Assembly (NCBI GenBank): GCA_028534125.1
Contig: CM052816.1
Coordinates: 82,276,001-82,340,000 of the forward strand
Length of the DNA: 64,000 nucleotides
Direction: 5' to 3'
Source of the DNA: Lama glama
Lineage: Eukaryota
A model generated the notes under the pieces. That model saw nothing but the letters and a program-made list of their open reading frames with translations. It was not told the DNA's origin and made no database searches. The stretch's first letter is position 1. Every line of letters begins with the position of its first letter. Below, piece after piece: positions 1-13,870 of this stretch. The position numbers and the translations under genes were made by a program.

Positions 1-1257
1 GTGCAGAATAACTAATTATTAAGAGTGTATACTCCTGTTTTGAGTGACGATATCGTCTCTTTTAAAAGACAGACTGTCAATTATGTGCAAGACACAGCTT
101 CACGATATTACAGATCCAAGAAACTGCAAACTCCTGCTATCAGACAAGTTTACATAAAACACAGTAGTTCTGTTAATCAAATACATTGCAGGTTATTCTT
201 CTGAAACCCCACCATGATCACTCAGTTTATAGAAAGCCATTAATTACTTGGTAGTCAATTTATAACCACTAATTATAAAGATGTGCAATTTAAATAATTC
301 CGGCAGTACAAGAGGAGAAACAGGAAGACCTTAATAACCTTGTGCACTGTGGTGGGTGAGAAGCACACAATTCAATTCATTGTCTGCAGGGTGGGGCGGG
401 AAGGATAACTGCAGGCTGATGTCATCATTGTGGTCTTTTGTGACATTACCTGTGACTTGTAACTTTGTAGATCTCTTGGGCTTAAAATACACATATTTAT
501 TTTTCCTTTGGAAACAACACGAAATGTTTCAGCTTCTCCAGATATATGGAATAACAATGTTTTGTAACTTACCCATTTTTATGGCATAAATATATTTTAG
601 GGCAGTGAAAATGGGCCTTGCATATTGGGAAAGAATTTATAATTTGAGAGGAAATCTAGATATGAAAGCAGCAAGATAATTTTCCTCTAAGGTTTTCAAA
701 GCTCCATCCAGCCTTACTCTTTGATAGCAGAGGTGACGGAAAGAGTGTTTGGTGTGTGTGCTTCAAGCCCCCGAAACGATCCTCCTTTCTCTGGACTTCA
801 AAGTTACAGAAATTGTTCCATCCTACTTTTCTACTTCAAACCACACTGTCTGGTGGTCAGACTTTGAACTCTGGGTGAGAATAGAATTAGCCTTCAGGAA
901 CTTTGGGGGAGATTTATAAAATAAGCAATGAACATTTCTCTGCTTTCTAAAGACTTTTTGCTACCATTCCAATAACATCCCTGGTGGGCTATAATAAGCA
1001 TAGTTGAAAAAAAAATCTCTCTTGGATCTCTACTGCCCCACTTTCTGGTTTTGAACAGCTACCCAGGAAACTATTATCTCTAAAACTGTTTCTATTCTTA
1101 CGTGAAGAAGGCAAATATGGGAAGGCTTCCTCAGTCTCCTGTAAAGGTAGGATTAGAATTGAAGAGTACAAGAATGAAGAGACATTTTAGGACTTTTCTG
1201 CCCACTTCATCTTTGCAACTTGACTCTGAGTATTTAGAAAATTTATTTTCTTTATCG

Positions 1258-1701
1258 TGTTGATGAAAAATTAATCAGTCAACCTAAGAAAGAAATGGAA
1301 AATTTTATTCGGGCCAAATTTGAGGATTGTGACCTAGGAAGAGCGTCTCAGAAAGCTCTGCGAACTGTTAGAAGTCAAGGTGCAGTAATATAATTTTTTG
1401 AAACAGAGGGCTGTACCTTAAATGACATATTATTGACAGTTTACGCAATCCAGATGTAAATATCACCATGGCCTCCTACAAGATCAGGAAGGAATGTTAT
1501 CTTTTAAGGAGTTGTTTTGTTGATGCTAAGAGAAAGTTGCTCTTTATTTGAGCAGGTGTTTCTGCCAGTGGGGGGGATTTGGTCGATGCATAATGCAGAT
1601 ACACAATATATAATAGCAGGGAAAGGAGGCTAAAGGGCAGAGGAAATTTTGTATGTTTACATTTTTCTTGGCTTGCCATAGAATATGACTTTTATTTCAC
1701 G
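1258..1701 (-). mobile_element. ERV solo LTR (ERV1-like, lineage-specific)
   Basis: ~440 bp; the minus strand begins (C)GTGAAATAAAAGTCATATTC and ends ...TTCATCAACA (TG..CA-like termini), with AATAAA (plus TTTATT ~1304) near its 3' end. Confidence 0.7.
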
Positions 1702-1909
1702 AACAGTAGTAAATATATTATTTCTGATTTTTTTTTTCTCTTTTCAGCATCTTGGAATTTTAGGATGACTGAGTTTGCATTTATGTTTTCCAGTACTCCT
1801 TGATAATCAGTTTACAGATTTTTATAGGATGGATGTAAGAAGCTCACCAAAATAGATGTGTTTGAAAGGAAATTCAGCCTTAACCATTCTTGGAATTCTG
1901 GACTTCCTT

Positions 1910-2520
1910 GAGGTGCCACCTGAGTATCTGAGAATATCAAGTGCAGCAAATTCAAAGATAAACTTCTGGGCAGTCTTATATAATTTCTTTCCTTTTACCA
2001 CCATTCTTTTCCGGTGGTGTCCACATATGGTTAATCTCCAAAGGAGAAGCATGCAGGATGACCTTCACTTCTTCTTCTCTTCCATATCTAACAGATCACC
2101 AAGTCCAATTGATTCTGTTTTCTGAGTATTTCTAATCTGTCTCTTATTCTCAAAACCCTCTATAAATACCTTAGTTTAACCCATCTGTACCTTGAGGGAG
2201 CTACTGAAATAAGTTTACTATTTCACCAGTAGGCTTCCCTGCTACATCTCACCCAGAATGATCTAAACAAGAACATTTGATTGTGTTACCCAGTACTTTG
2301 CTGTTTATTAATGGTCTCCCATTACCTACAGTCTGTAGTTCACAAGTCCCAGTACGTAGTATCAAATCCCTCAAAGGTCTGGACCCTGACTTCTGTTCAA
2401 CCTCAGCTTTCTCCAGTCATTCTTCATATCTGACACTCCCAACTGTAGCAAAATATGCATGGTAAGCTGTTTTGCTTATAATATTCTATGCACGTGCTCC
2501 CTCTGTGTGGGAAAATTTTT
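1910..2520 (+). mobile_element. L2 LINE fragments (degenerate)
   Basis: L2-like pyrimidine-rich motifs, e.g. TCCATATCTAACAGATCACCAAGTCC and CAAAGGTCTGGACCCTGACTTC. Confidence 0.5.
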
Positions 2521-2810
2521 TCTTGCACTGTGCTAACAAAATACTATTATACACACTTTATAGATAAGGAAACTATGGCTTAGTGAGGTTAAATATCTTT
2601 CCTATTATTATTATTTTAGTAATCATTTTTGTGTCTCTAGTCACCATATGTTTCTGATTCTACTTATAAATATTTCTATAATCTACTTTCCCCTTTCTGG
2701 TTCTACTCCCATAAGCATTTGTTTCTTTGTTTATTTGACAAATGTTTATTTATTATGCACTTAATATGTTCCAGACACTTCCAGGTAATACAGTGGTACT
2801 TTCTCAATGT

Positions 2811-2958
2811 CAGCTCTGTGCTGAGGCTGGCTTATACAACTATGAGCATCTCTTCCCTACTTACTGCTCAGCTAAATCATATTGGAAGCTAAAAATGGCC
2901 ATAAATCAGAGTTTTAGTCCCCTGGAGAGCCCGATGTTGAATACTTGCCAGCATACTA
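2811..2958. mobile_element. hAT-Tip100 type DNA transposon remnant (Arthur1-like)
   Basis: Ends CAGCTCTGTGCTGAGGCTGG ... GAGAGCCCGATGTTGAATACTTGCCAGCATACT resemble recalled Arthur1-type termini. Confidence 0.45.
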
Positions 2959-3699
2959 TTCACAGCTCTTAACCTCTCACATCTTGTCTCAGAATAGCCT
3001 CCTACTTGGATCTCTCATTTCATGCTCACCTCCTAAACACAAATGACAAGACTGTGATCTTTTAAAGACATGGACTGATATGTCTTTTGCTTTTTTCCGT
3101 CATCAACAACTTAAAATCAAAATTCTTCATTGTGGTACGTGAGACCTTTCTTGAACTGGTTGCCTCTCCATATTCATTTCATCTTATGATTATATTTTAC
3201 ACTCTGTCAGTACCATATAGTGGCTAGATCTGAGCAAACCCACTTATTTATGATCTGATTTTTTGTACATACTGATCCCTGTACTTAGAATACTTTCTTT
3301 CTTTCTTTTCTCCTTTTGGTAGCCTCTATTCTTCAAATTTTGACAGCTAGCTCAGTGTTTGGGACAAAGCAAGTGAGCTTCATATTTTATCACTAAGTGG
3401 AGTGAACATTTATTTAGTATTCCTTCTTTTAGTAAGCTTTTTTGGAACCTCTCCCCTTCCCCACTAGGGAGAGTTAAATGCTGTCTCATAGTACTTCTTT
3501 CATTATCACATGTAGGTGTCTGTGGTCACTTACAACACTCCCATGTTCAATCCATTCATTTATACATCTGTTTCCTTTATTAGGCTATAGACCCTTGAGG
3601 ACAAACATTGAGCTACCCATTTCTATTGAAATTTTGAAATTGAGTCCATTGCAGAATAACATATAATTAACTGCAATTTTGTGCAGTGTCTATTATACA

Positions 3700-4040
3700 C
3701 TTCTATTAATAAGGATAGGCAAGGTTATGCTGTGATAATAAATACATCTCTAAACTTAGTGGCTTTACATGATAAAGTGTATTTCCCACTCCATGCATGT
3801 TGGAGCAGTTTTCTAGGGCCTCTCTCTTCTGTGCAGATTTCCAGAATCCAGTCTGCTTCTATATTTTGAGGAAACTCCATCTGTGGCTTCCAAGATAGCT
3901 TATCAGGGGAGAAGAGCAGGGAGCATAATTTCCCACATATCACTTCTTAGAGTTCATTGACTCCAATCTAATGCCAAGGGAGGTTTGGAAATACAGGGTT
4001 GAATGTTGATGTTTGGAGAACATTAGCAATCTCAGCCACA
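3700..4040 (-). mobile_element. MaLR LTR (MLT1J/K-like)
   Basis: AGGATAGGCAAGGTTATGCTGTGATAATAAA...CTTAGTGGCTT start and ...TTTGGAGAACATTAGCAATCTCAGCCACA end, typical of a reverse-complemented old MLT1. Confidence 0.7.
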
Positions 4041-4639
4041 AAAACATTATGGACTTAGTGAAAGGAAAATGCCATTATGGGGTGGCGAGTTGGGGGAGGC
4101 TTTATGGCAGAAATGGGGCTCAAACTGATCTTGAAATAGGGTTTGAATTTAGATAGAGAGGAGATTCCAGTCATTTCTTGACCTAAAATATAATTAAATT
4201 CTGGCTTAATTCCAGATTATTTTCTCATTTCTATATAATGTTCAGATTCATAATTTTACTTATACTGCTCGATTAAAAAAAAGCTAGAGTATAATGAAAG
4301 CTCATTTATTTAGTTTAGTTTGGAATTCTCATTTAAAACTTAGCAGGGGGTTATGGTTGCTAATCAAAGACTGTTAGAACAGTTTAGGTAATATTAATGT
4401 CTAGACGTTTGGAAAAAATGTCATTTTGTGGAAGACCAGTTATATTCGTCATGGTAAATACTAGATATTCTACATAAACAGTTCAAATGCACATGTTACT
4501 AGTAATCTTGTGTCACAGAGAAAATGTGTCTTTCTCCATATGGAGTCTTGACTCTCCACATCTACTGATTAAGCTGATTAAGCTTTGGTTTGCCCAACTA
4601 GACCCTTTTCCAAAAGGCAACTAATAGCAATGCCTCTTG

Positions 4640-4860
4640 CTTTGTACTTTCAAATTTGCAAAGCAGTTTCATATTTACCATTTACTTTGATCTTTTACTA
4701 ACCTCTTGCTGTGGACAGATATCATTGAATCCCATCTTGCAGATGAAATAATTTGGGTTAGTTGGCCTTCCCAAAGTAATAAGACGGACTATTAATATTA
4801 GCAATAGGACTGAAATCTATATTTTGGGATCTAAGCCCTGTGTTCTTTTTAAAATATCAT
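4640..4860 (-). mobile_element. MIR SINE (degenerate)
   Basis: CCCATCTTGCAGATGAAATAATTTGGG...CCTTCCCAAAGT resembles the reverse MIR core. Confidence 0.5.
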
Positions 4861-5602
4861 ATATACACCACTTTCATTACCTTTTTGATATTGATAAAAT
4901 CAAACTGTGTCTTGGTTCCAATTATTATTGAAGCTTCCCAAGGAAAACTGACTTCTTCAGGATCAAATATTACACTGAAATAAATATATCTTTGAATGCT
5001 GACCACAGTAAGAAATGTAACAAAACGGCTAAATTAGAAAGTAAATAACAGATTAAAATTCTTCCTCAAATTAAGTCTTTATCTCTTCTTATCCTAGAGT
5101 TTCTGAAAATAGTCTATGTAATTTACATTGCACCGGAATTATAAATCTTATGACTACATCTGCTTGCTAATATCATTTATTCATTATTTATTCATTAAAT
5201 ATATATTGATCTCTTAGAACATGTAAAGCAGCACAGTAGACACTGGAGATCCAATGAAGAACAATATATAGTTTGAACCCTCATCACAGAGAAGTTAACA
5301 GAAGCTGCGTTAACTGCCAAGATGGGTTAATACAGGAGCGGTAAAAGAATGCAGAAGTGGGGGATCCCACAGAGTCCATGAGGGGTAAGGATGCCTGAGA
5401 GGTGGGCAGGATTTAGGTATGTGACAGGGCTGTCCCTGGGGAGATGGCTTCATGAGGAAGGTGTTGTGTTGGTTCTGCCTGGAGGCCAGAGAAATGTTAA
5501 ATTGCTATTAGCTCAATGCCGATTAAGTGTGAAAGTGTAGTTAGCATCTAGATGTAGGGATATGAAGAAAAGGGAGTAAGATGCTTTTAATAAGGAAAAG
5601 AG

Positions 5603-5792
5603 TAGCGGTTCTGAAATTCTGATATGCGTCAGAATCACCGGGAGGCCTTGTTAAAACAGACTGCTCCACTCCACAGCTAGAGTTTTTCTGATTCAGTACG
5701 TCTGGGCTGGGTCTTCAGAATTTGCATTTCTAACAAGTTCCCAAGTGATGCTGCTGCTGCAGGTCTTGGGACTACACTCTGAGGCGCAGTCG
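5603..5792. mobile_element. MER5A (hAT-Charlie MITE)
   Basis: ~190 bp; GCGTCAGAATCACCGGGAGGCCTTGTTAAAACAGA...GAATTTGCATTTCTAACAAGTTCCCAAGTGATGCTG closely follows the MER5A consensus. Confidence 0.9.
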
Positions 5793-6854
5793 TGGAGCAG
5801 AGGGTTCGGATTTGTGTGTCAGAGACTTTCAGCTGTACCTTTGCCATTTGCCCTTAGCATATGTTCGGAAGGCAATTGGTATTTATTGCAAAGGTGCTTC
5901 ATTTGGTACTGAATGAATAAGTCAATGAGTTGAATTAATTATCCTCCATTGGTTATATCATTTGTGTGGATTTATGATTATTTCAGATTCACAGTGAATG
6001 CATAAGCTATAAAGAGATGGCTTATCTGAAAAACTGCAACTGGAGGAATTTACTAGATTTGCTGGCTTTGTATCTTGACTATATTTTTAGGGCAACTGAT
6101 TGAAAAAAAATTCATTTAAAAATAGAGAAGAGCTCACTTGGATATTTATAACCTGACAGGTTAAAACTAGCACAACATCTGAATGAGAAATTGTGAGCCT
6201 TAAAATGTACACAGGCATTTTCTAAAAACTCAATGAACTAATTAGTTTGAAATTCCACTAAGAAATATGTATTTCTGGACAAGAATTCTTACAGCAGAAA
6301 GATCTTCCTAAAAGGGTTAACATGGTAAATTACCTACCCCTCCCCCTTGAAAAAATTTGAATTCTGTTAGAGGGACACTGTATTTTCATGGGTAAAACCT
6401 GCAGAAACTCCTTCCCCTAGGTGTTTCCTGGCAAGCAGATGGAGGGAGGGAAAATTAAAAGCCTTTGCTTTGGCCCAGACTGTCTGCTGCCTTTAGCACC
6501 TTCTCCACAGGTTCACTTGTTTTAAGGGCCTAACTGGGCTCAGAAGAGTCAGAGAGAAAGAGCCACCATCCACTTGATTCAAAGGTGAAACTGTAGTTTA
6601 CAGAGGCTCTGGTTGTGCCAGGAAGGGAATGTCTGTGGTCCTATGTCCAGATCTTAATTGAGCAAAGCCTTATGGACTGAATCAGTGCAATTTGGAGAAT
6701 TGCTTTAAAGATGGGAAGGCAAGTCTTGCGAGGATATTGAAATGGTAGAAAACCCCAAGTCAGAACAAGGATAGGGGCATCAAAGAGATAAACCAGAGGA
6801 AAGAGGGAAGAAGAAGTTCCTGGGTCCTTTATCATAGACCAGAGAAGTTACGAG

Positions 6855-7020
6855 CATGATCTCGTTTAATCCCACCAGCAGTACTGAGAGATGGATGTTG
6901 GTGTCTGCACTTTACACAGGACAGTACTGAGGCCCTGAGTCTCTACAGAGCAAGTGAGTGGCAAGGCTGGGACAGGATTCTAGGCCATTTGACTTCAAAG
7001 CCTAGCCTCATTTCACTGTG
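6855..7020 (-). mobile_element. MIR SINE
   Basis: ATCTCGTTTAATCCCACCAGCA...ACTGAGGCCCTGAG...TGACTTCAAAGCC. Confidence 0.7.
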
Positions 7021-9437
7021 TCAACCTAACTTTTCTGGCAAAGTCAGACATGACAATTGTATAGCTCAAAGAAGATGATTACTGGAGCGAGAATGTGGCT
7101 AGATAAAACACTGAAAGAAATTTGAACAATTTTCATGATAGTCAGACTCTAACTGTTATTTAAACCAGAAAGAGAATTAATTAAGCTATTTCTACAATAG
7201 GGCCTTAGTTTGCTGGTCTCTTGGAAACTTTTCTTCAGTTATTTCCTCTGCTCCAGCCCTGTGTTTTGCTGTAATACTCTGGATCTGTTTCTTACTCCAA
7301 AGGCCTAAACTTAAGTGATCGATTTCCCCATCTGTTATTGATTTTTCTGAAACACACTCATAATCATGTCTTGTCAGCCACCAGTGACCTGTCACATTCT
7401 TGTAGTGGCACCTCTCCTCCTCAGAGGTGGCTTTTTGGCATTGCTCTTTTGGGATGACCTTTAGGCATTCTCCCTGACCTTCCAACAAATTCTCATTCCT
7501 AGCGCATGTCTGATATCTAGTGCAGAGTGACAAGGCCACTTAAGTTGGACAGTTTTTAGGGCAAAATTATGAACAACATAGTAAAAGAGCAAGGTGAACC
7601 CTCCCTTATTAACTGCTTCCTTCTCTTACCCTTTTCTGCTTTGGACTCCATCTGAACACAAGTATTGTTCCTTTTCCGTGCACTCCTTATTACCTTGCAT
7701 CCGATGTGAGTGCTTTATGGAACAAAAAACCTTGACATGTTTCTGAGGGAGCATTTCCCTTAAACAATTAACCTTCTAATTCGGGAGGAATCTTATTACT
7801 TCAGTTTCCATATCACTAGTTTTAAAAAACACTGTTAAAAGAATGTCACCATAATATAGAGCATAGAGCTTTGTACATAAGCATCTAAGTCATTTTTGTA
7901 AATAGCTGTTTACTAAGGATGAGCAGCAGTTTGTGCTGGGTGGGAGGTAAGGAATGAAATTTCACCATTTAGCAGCGAGATACACATACTTCTCAATTAT
8001 CTGTGCTAATGGAGACAATGATAATAAGGGTAATGGAGTCTGTAAGAAATCCACGGTGGAACTTAAATCTGTCCCTTTTGCTGCTTCTTAGTGATGGTAA
8101 ACATTTTGCTAGAGAGAAATTTTAGATTGTTTGTAGATTTCAATGACCATGTTACTCCTGTTTCCATTTTTTAATCAAGAACTTAAAGGTGGATACTTAA
8201 ACAGGTAAGGGCCTTGCTGCATTTTGAAAATAAGAGTACTTTAATCAAACTGTCTACGAATCTATAATATCCAAACAAAGGGCTGGTTTTTTCCCTCCAT
8301 TGAATTGAATACATGTTGGCATTTGGTGAATAAAGTAAATCAAACACTTTTACTAAAATTAGCAGGGCATTTACTAGAGAAAATTCTGTGATTTTATCCA
8401 GAAATGAAATGGGTTGAATTTGTTCAGGCTTCCCTTACACTCTTACAATCTATTTTAGCTGTAGGTAGTAGGGTATTCACCATATTCATTGGCTCTTTTC
8501 CTATTTATATTAAGAATTTAAAATAAAAGACTCAAAAATCCTCCAGGTAAAAAACCACTCCATGCTGCTAATTTTTGCTTTTCATATACAAAAGTATGAC
8601 TTTATCGGATAGCATAAGTATTTTAAAATATTAATAGGAAAATGGTATATAAATTAGTAATTTAAACAAGAACATAAAATAAAAACCAAGATACAAATGA
8701 GCCTCCTCCCTGATAACACATCTCCCCTCTGTTCCATTCATACTTAACTTTAACCAAATACGTCTATTTCAGAGTCAGAATCCCTTTCACTCCTAAGTCC
8801 AGAGGTTCAAGAGTTTCACTTATGTAACTTGGGTGGAAGAGAGCCTCAAACAGCTTTAAATTTGAGAGGCCTTGATGCATCTCCTGAGAACTCCCACGTG
8901 TTCAAAGGCTTTTGTGCTCGCTCCAGTCTGTTTCCTCCGACAGCAGATCTGTAATTAGGAGCTTACCCCACACATGAGCTAACACCTTTCTGGATAACAG
9001 TCTTCTGCTAGTTCCAGCAAGATTTCTAATTTGCTGTGTATTTTTGCCAGCCACATCGCTAAATTTTCTTTCTCTTCAAGTCAGAATAGAAAGATGAAGA
9101 AAAACAATATAGTCTTCTATCTCTTTTGAGCAGACCAACCCTCTCAGTGTTCTGAATGTTTTTCAACAAAATTTCTTGAGTAGTGAAGGTACCATATTAA
9201 CCTCATTTTGTACTTTGCAATTTTTCTTTTAGATTTTTTTTTCACTTTTTTTTCATGAATGACTTAATTAACACTGAATCAGGTTTCTTTCCTTGAACTA
9301 GAACTCCCAGAAGTGTTCAATATTCACTCAGATTTGTAACTCTTTGTTAAAAGGAACTTTTCTTAACACTTCATTCTATAAACATGTCTGAGTGCCTGCT
9401 GGTGCTAGGCAAGCTTACATAGACTCTCACCATATAG

Positions 9438-9768
9438 AGATCTGCTGTCCAATATGTAGCCACTAGTCACACAGGGCTATGGAGCACTTGAAACATGGCT
9501 AATCTAAATCGAGATGTTCTGTAAATGTAAACACACACTGGATTTTGAAGATCTGGAACAACAACAACAAAATCTCACTAATAATTTTTGTTTTGATTGC
9601 ATCTTGAAATAATAATATTTTTGATGTATTGGATTAAATAAAATACATTATTAAAATGAATTTCACCAATTTCTTTCTAGCTTTTTAAAATGTAGCTGCT
9701 AGAAAATGTAAGCTTACACATGCATCTTGGGTTTGTGGCCTGGGTTATGTTTCTACTGCTCGGCACTG
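9438..9768. mobile_element. MER33 (hAT-Charlie DNA transposon), flanked by L2-like sequence
   Basis: ~330 bp; CTGCTGTCCAATATGTAGCCACTAGTCACACAGGGCTATGGAGCACTTGAAA...GGATTAAATAAAATACATTATTAAAATGAATTTCACC...GCACTG. Confidence 0.85.
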
Positions 9769-10089
9769 TTCCAGACGGCAGCCTCAGCACTGTGAGAGCA
9801 AAGTGCAGGATGCTTTGATAAGAGCTGCTCTCCCAGCCTGCATAAGGCATGAAGGGTTACCTGGGGGAGGTCCCCTCAGATGTGTCTCAGAGGACAAATA
9901 AGAGTTACTCAGTTTGGGGAATGCCTTGGACAGGTATGTTCCAAGCCGGGGAATAAGGAACAGAAAGACAAATGTTAAGATGGGCAGAACTTAGGGCGTG
10001 CACTGGGGACTGAAAGATGATGACTGTAATGAGGATAATTTTAGAAGAATCTATTAATCCAAAACATGTTTCCCTTAGATAGTGTGTTC

Positions 10090-10790
10090 ATATCAGGGTT
10101 TCTTCTGTGGTGTAGACAGAACTAAAGATGCCAAAGAGGAAGACGCTTGTCTTCTCCCTACTCGATTCTGAGAATTGTGGGGAGAAAAAACCCAGAAATA
10201 AGGGAAACACAGGCTCACCGAGCCCCATTTTCCTTCACTTATGGGGATGCTTAAACTACTTCCAAAAGTAGGAGGGAAGGTGAAACTCCAGAAGGTTGGA
10301 GAGACCAGTGGCATGCTTCCTCAACAGCAGCTCCCCACAGTTCTCCAGCAGCTCAGGAAGACAGTAGGCTGGTGTCTGGCAGGGGCCAGTGAGATAGATG
10401 AGCCTGAGATGGTGAAGGGCCAGGAGCCCAGCAAGACCTGGGGTAGGGCTTAAGTTCCAGAGTGTGGGCATCTTTCCTGGGGCAAGGAGCCAGGACTATG
10501 GACTAACGATGGCTGTGGGTATACGAGTGGTGTTCCCTGCCCGGGTGGGATCCACCACTTTGGTGGCCAGCTGTCTTGTGAGCAGACTTGACTAGTCATT
10601 CTCCAGCAGGGACCAGTGAAGATCCAGTTACCATCCACTGCCCTATCCCACATATTGAACAGTTGAAAGTGAGGAAGAGGAACAAAAACCTTAAAGTCTA
10701 AGCATATGTCCTAAAGAGATTGCTTTTTGGTACCATAAATGACATATTAAAGTTTGTCCCCAGACTTAAGTGCCTAGCAGCTTGTGGGAA
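10090..10790. mobile_element. Possible ancient LTR remnant (MamGypLTR/LTR88-like)
   Basis: GC-richer island in an AT-rich background; the tail (TAAGCATATGTCCTAAAGAGATTG...ATTAAAGTT) loosely resembles old Gypsy-type LTRs. Family not secure. Confidence 0.3.
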
Positions 10791-11180
10791 TGATCAAATA
10801 TAAAAAAGAAAGAAGCTACATTTTTCTTGAACATCTGAGTATAGCTCAAGGCTGCTACATGAAGCAGAAGTTAGGAAGAATAGCTTCTCTGAAATTATTT
10901 TACTTTTTAATTAGCAAATAGTGGATAGATGCTAATACAAATGTGTGTAATATGTATATTTTTAAATAGATATAATTATATGTATTGTTTGAAGAAAGAA
11001 GTTCACTAGAACACGTGGAAAAGGTAATATTTAGCAGGACTAAAATTATGAAATAAGAATGTATTTATGGAGCATAAATAGCATATTAATTGTCTCATTA
11101 AATTGATTTTCATTTCCTCGGTATTCTTGTTACATAGGACAAAATTTCTCCTAATATATATTTATTCATGTTTTAAAATA

Positions 11181-11386
11181 TATTTTTATTGAAGTATAGT
11201 CAGTTTACAATGTTGTGTCAGTTTCTGGTGTACAACACAATACTTAAGTCATATAGGAACATACATATATTAGTTTTCATATTCTTTTTAACCATAAGTT
11301 ACTACAAGATATTGAATATAGTTCTCTGTGCTATTCAGTATAAACTTGTTTATCTATTTTATATATAGGAGTTAGTATCTGCAAAT
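11181..11386 (-). mobile_element. L1 3' end (artiodactyl-type), 5'-truncated
   Basis: TTTTTATTGAAGTATAGTCAGTTTACAATGTTGTG...GATATTGAATATAGTTCTCTGTGCTAT; possible TSD ATGTTT(T)AA on both sides. Confidence 0.85.
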
Positions 11387-11569
11387 GTTTAACTTCACAC
11401 AGTATATGGCTGGCTGGGGGAGGGGAATGGAGAGGAAGAAGGATAATTTCTGCATCTCCTAAATATATGTATGTTTTTAGTTTTTGCCCCTCCAAAGTTT
11501 GAAGTAACGAAGGAAAATATCATCAGGAAATAGTGGGACTAAGATGTCAAGAGGAGTCCAATGGGCGCA

Positions 11570-11798
11570 GCCTGGATGGCTTCCCAGTTCCCAGTGGTTG
11601 TAATGGTCCTTCCCCAGATCCTAGGGAACCGTACAGATGTGTTATTCTGAGTACTTGTAAGTGAGGGCTGCCCTTCCATTGGCCAGCTCTTCCTTTGATT
11701 CAGAAAGCCGTCTCAGTATCCTTCCAGTAATTCCTCTTTTCTCCAGTTAGTTCAAACTGGCTTTTGGCTAGTTGCAAACAAATAAATCCTGACTGATG
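11570..11798 (+). mobile_element. ERVL LTR 3' part (LTR16/LTR33-like)
   Basis: CAGTATCCTTCCAGTAATTCCTCTTTT...GTTGCAAACAAATAAATCCTGACTGAT resembles the LTR16/33 3' terminus. Confidence 0.55.
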
Positions 11799-13289
11799 CT
11801 TGGAGTACTTAATAACCAAGACAAATACATTTTCCCCCCAGGATTTTGGAAGCACACAAGCAGTGCAATGGACAGATCTGTGGTGGTGGACAAGTGCTTC
11901 AGATATAGGAGACGGTATTCAAGCATTGTCTCAAAGCTTCACCAAAGAGACATACTAGTTACATGGACCAAGTTACTGAATGAATGTGAACACAACAAAA
12001 TATTTTAGTTTTATTATTCAAACTTCATACCCCAAGACTGATAATAAACTTGGATGATAAGAATCAGTGAGACTTTATTTAACTCCATTCTCCTCTCTGA
12101 TGTCTTCATTATGTGGAGCAGCATCTTAACCTCAGTGGTTTCTGCTGCTTCTCCTGTTCTTTTTTGTCCCTTTATATGCAGAAGGCAGGGGTGAAGCCTG
12201 AGGGGCCATGATGGACATTTCTGATTAAAAAAAGATTTTGAAGAGGCATCCCAGATAATCACAACTATCAATTTCATGATTATCAATAATCATGATGAAA
12301 AGCATAATTATTAACCACCTCACACATCCCTCTGGAAACTTGTCACTAGTTTGATGTGGAAGATTTCTAAGCTAGAGCAGTGCAAAGAATGTAAATATTT
12401 TTAAGTGGTTTTGTTTTTATGTCAATATTCTGCTCAGAGATTACAGTAGCTTTCTCTGTTATTTGTGCTGCCCTTCACTTAATCATTTAAAAAACTATGC
12501 TACAGATATTTGCATGTCTACCAAGGGACACATTGGGATAGATGCTAAATGCAACTGATCAGCCTAGTGAGGGGACTTTCAACTTCTCTCAGTCCTTCCA
12601 TGCTCCTCTACCATGTTTGCATTATGCTATGGGAATAATCCAGGGCTTATTTTTCCACTGTTCCTTTCAGTTGGTACCGTCAACTCACCAGTTCTTGATT
12701 TTCAACAAGAATAATTTTATGCATTTCAGTTTTTAGATAACTACACTATTTATAGCAGGGTAAAAGTAGTTTTTAGAAAGATCACCCTGTCCTTTGTTGC
12801 CAGATAGCTATTAGGATATGCTATTTGGGTTCCCAAATTACTTCCATTGCCCCTAACAAAATCTTAGATCTTATAATCCTGCTTCTCAGAGTGTCCATGT
12901 GACACTGAATCAACTGTTTGGAAATAGTGCTGGAAAATTAATAGCCATAGCAAACTGTTATGATCAAGAGGTCCCAACATCTTCAGGAACTTAACTAAAT
13001 AACCAACACACAGTTATTTAAGCAAATAACAACAAACTGTTATTTAAGCAGTGCATCCTGAAAAATTTTACATTTTTAGCATGGTTGGTCTTGGGAACTC
13101 TATGTTTCCAAGTCAATAAAACATCTTAGTGTTCACAGATAGTGTTTCACTGCAGTTTTCTGCCAAAATATTCAGAAGTAAGAGAAAATTAATTTTTATA
13201 GTGGATTAATTTAGGAATATTGGCTCTTTGCCCCTTCTCATTTTTACTCTTTTGAAAGATAAAGGGAAATCAATAAATACTCATGCAAC

Positions 13290-13870
13290 AAAATTTGTGC
13301 AATAAAAGAAATATTGTGGACAAACTCTTCATGGAAGATTTGGGAAGGGTTTAAAGAGTTGATCTTGAAGGATGAGTAGAAGTTTGCCAAGGTTTTAAGG
13401 GAAAAGGGTATTGCAGAAACACAGAGAGAATTGCAAGGATACAAACTTGCAAAATAATATTTGGATACTTGGAGAAGGAATGGAGATGAATTTATGATGT
13501 TGGACTCTAGACTACATCCATGGGAACAAACACAGATGATGCTGATAAAATAGAGTACATTTAGATTGCTTGGGCCCAGTTTGGCTCCATTTGAAGGAGC
13601 TTAGGCACTGTTCTTTGCAGTGTGAGATCCACAGTGGGCTCTAAAAATGAGAATCGTACAAGCAGATTTGTGAATTTTGGAAGCACTATGGTTAAGGGAT
13701 GGAGGTAGAAGACTGGACTCAGGAAAAAAAAATTTTCAGGAGATTAGGAGAAATATACTAAACTTGCGACATGGTAAAGTTCGGAGAAATGGACAGGTTT
13801 GAGTGACATGACTTGGTGACTGATTATATATGGGGTGAAGGAGAGGAGAGTTAAATATTCCCTTGTGGTT
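13290..13870 (-). mobile_element. L2 LINE fragment
   Basis: GAGTTGATCTTGAAGGATGAGTAGAAGTTTGCCAAGG and GACTTGGTGACTGATTATATATGGGGTGAAGGAGAGG are L2 antisense motifs. Confidence 0.7.

Noticed and set aside
1720..1760. Strong acceptor-like site (T-run)CTCTTTTCAG
   Set aside because: No convincing downstream donor or open exon; T-runs followed by CAG are common.
6149..6163. Palindrome TAACCTG-A-CAGGTTA containing TGACAG
   Set aside because: 7-bp arms are expected by chance in 64 kb; no supporting context.
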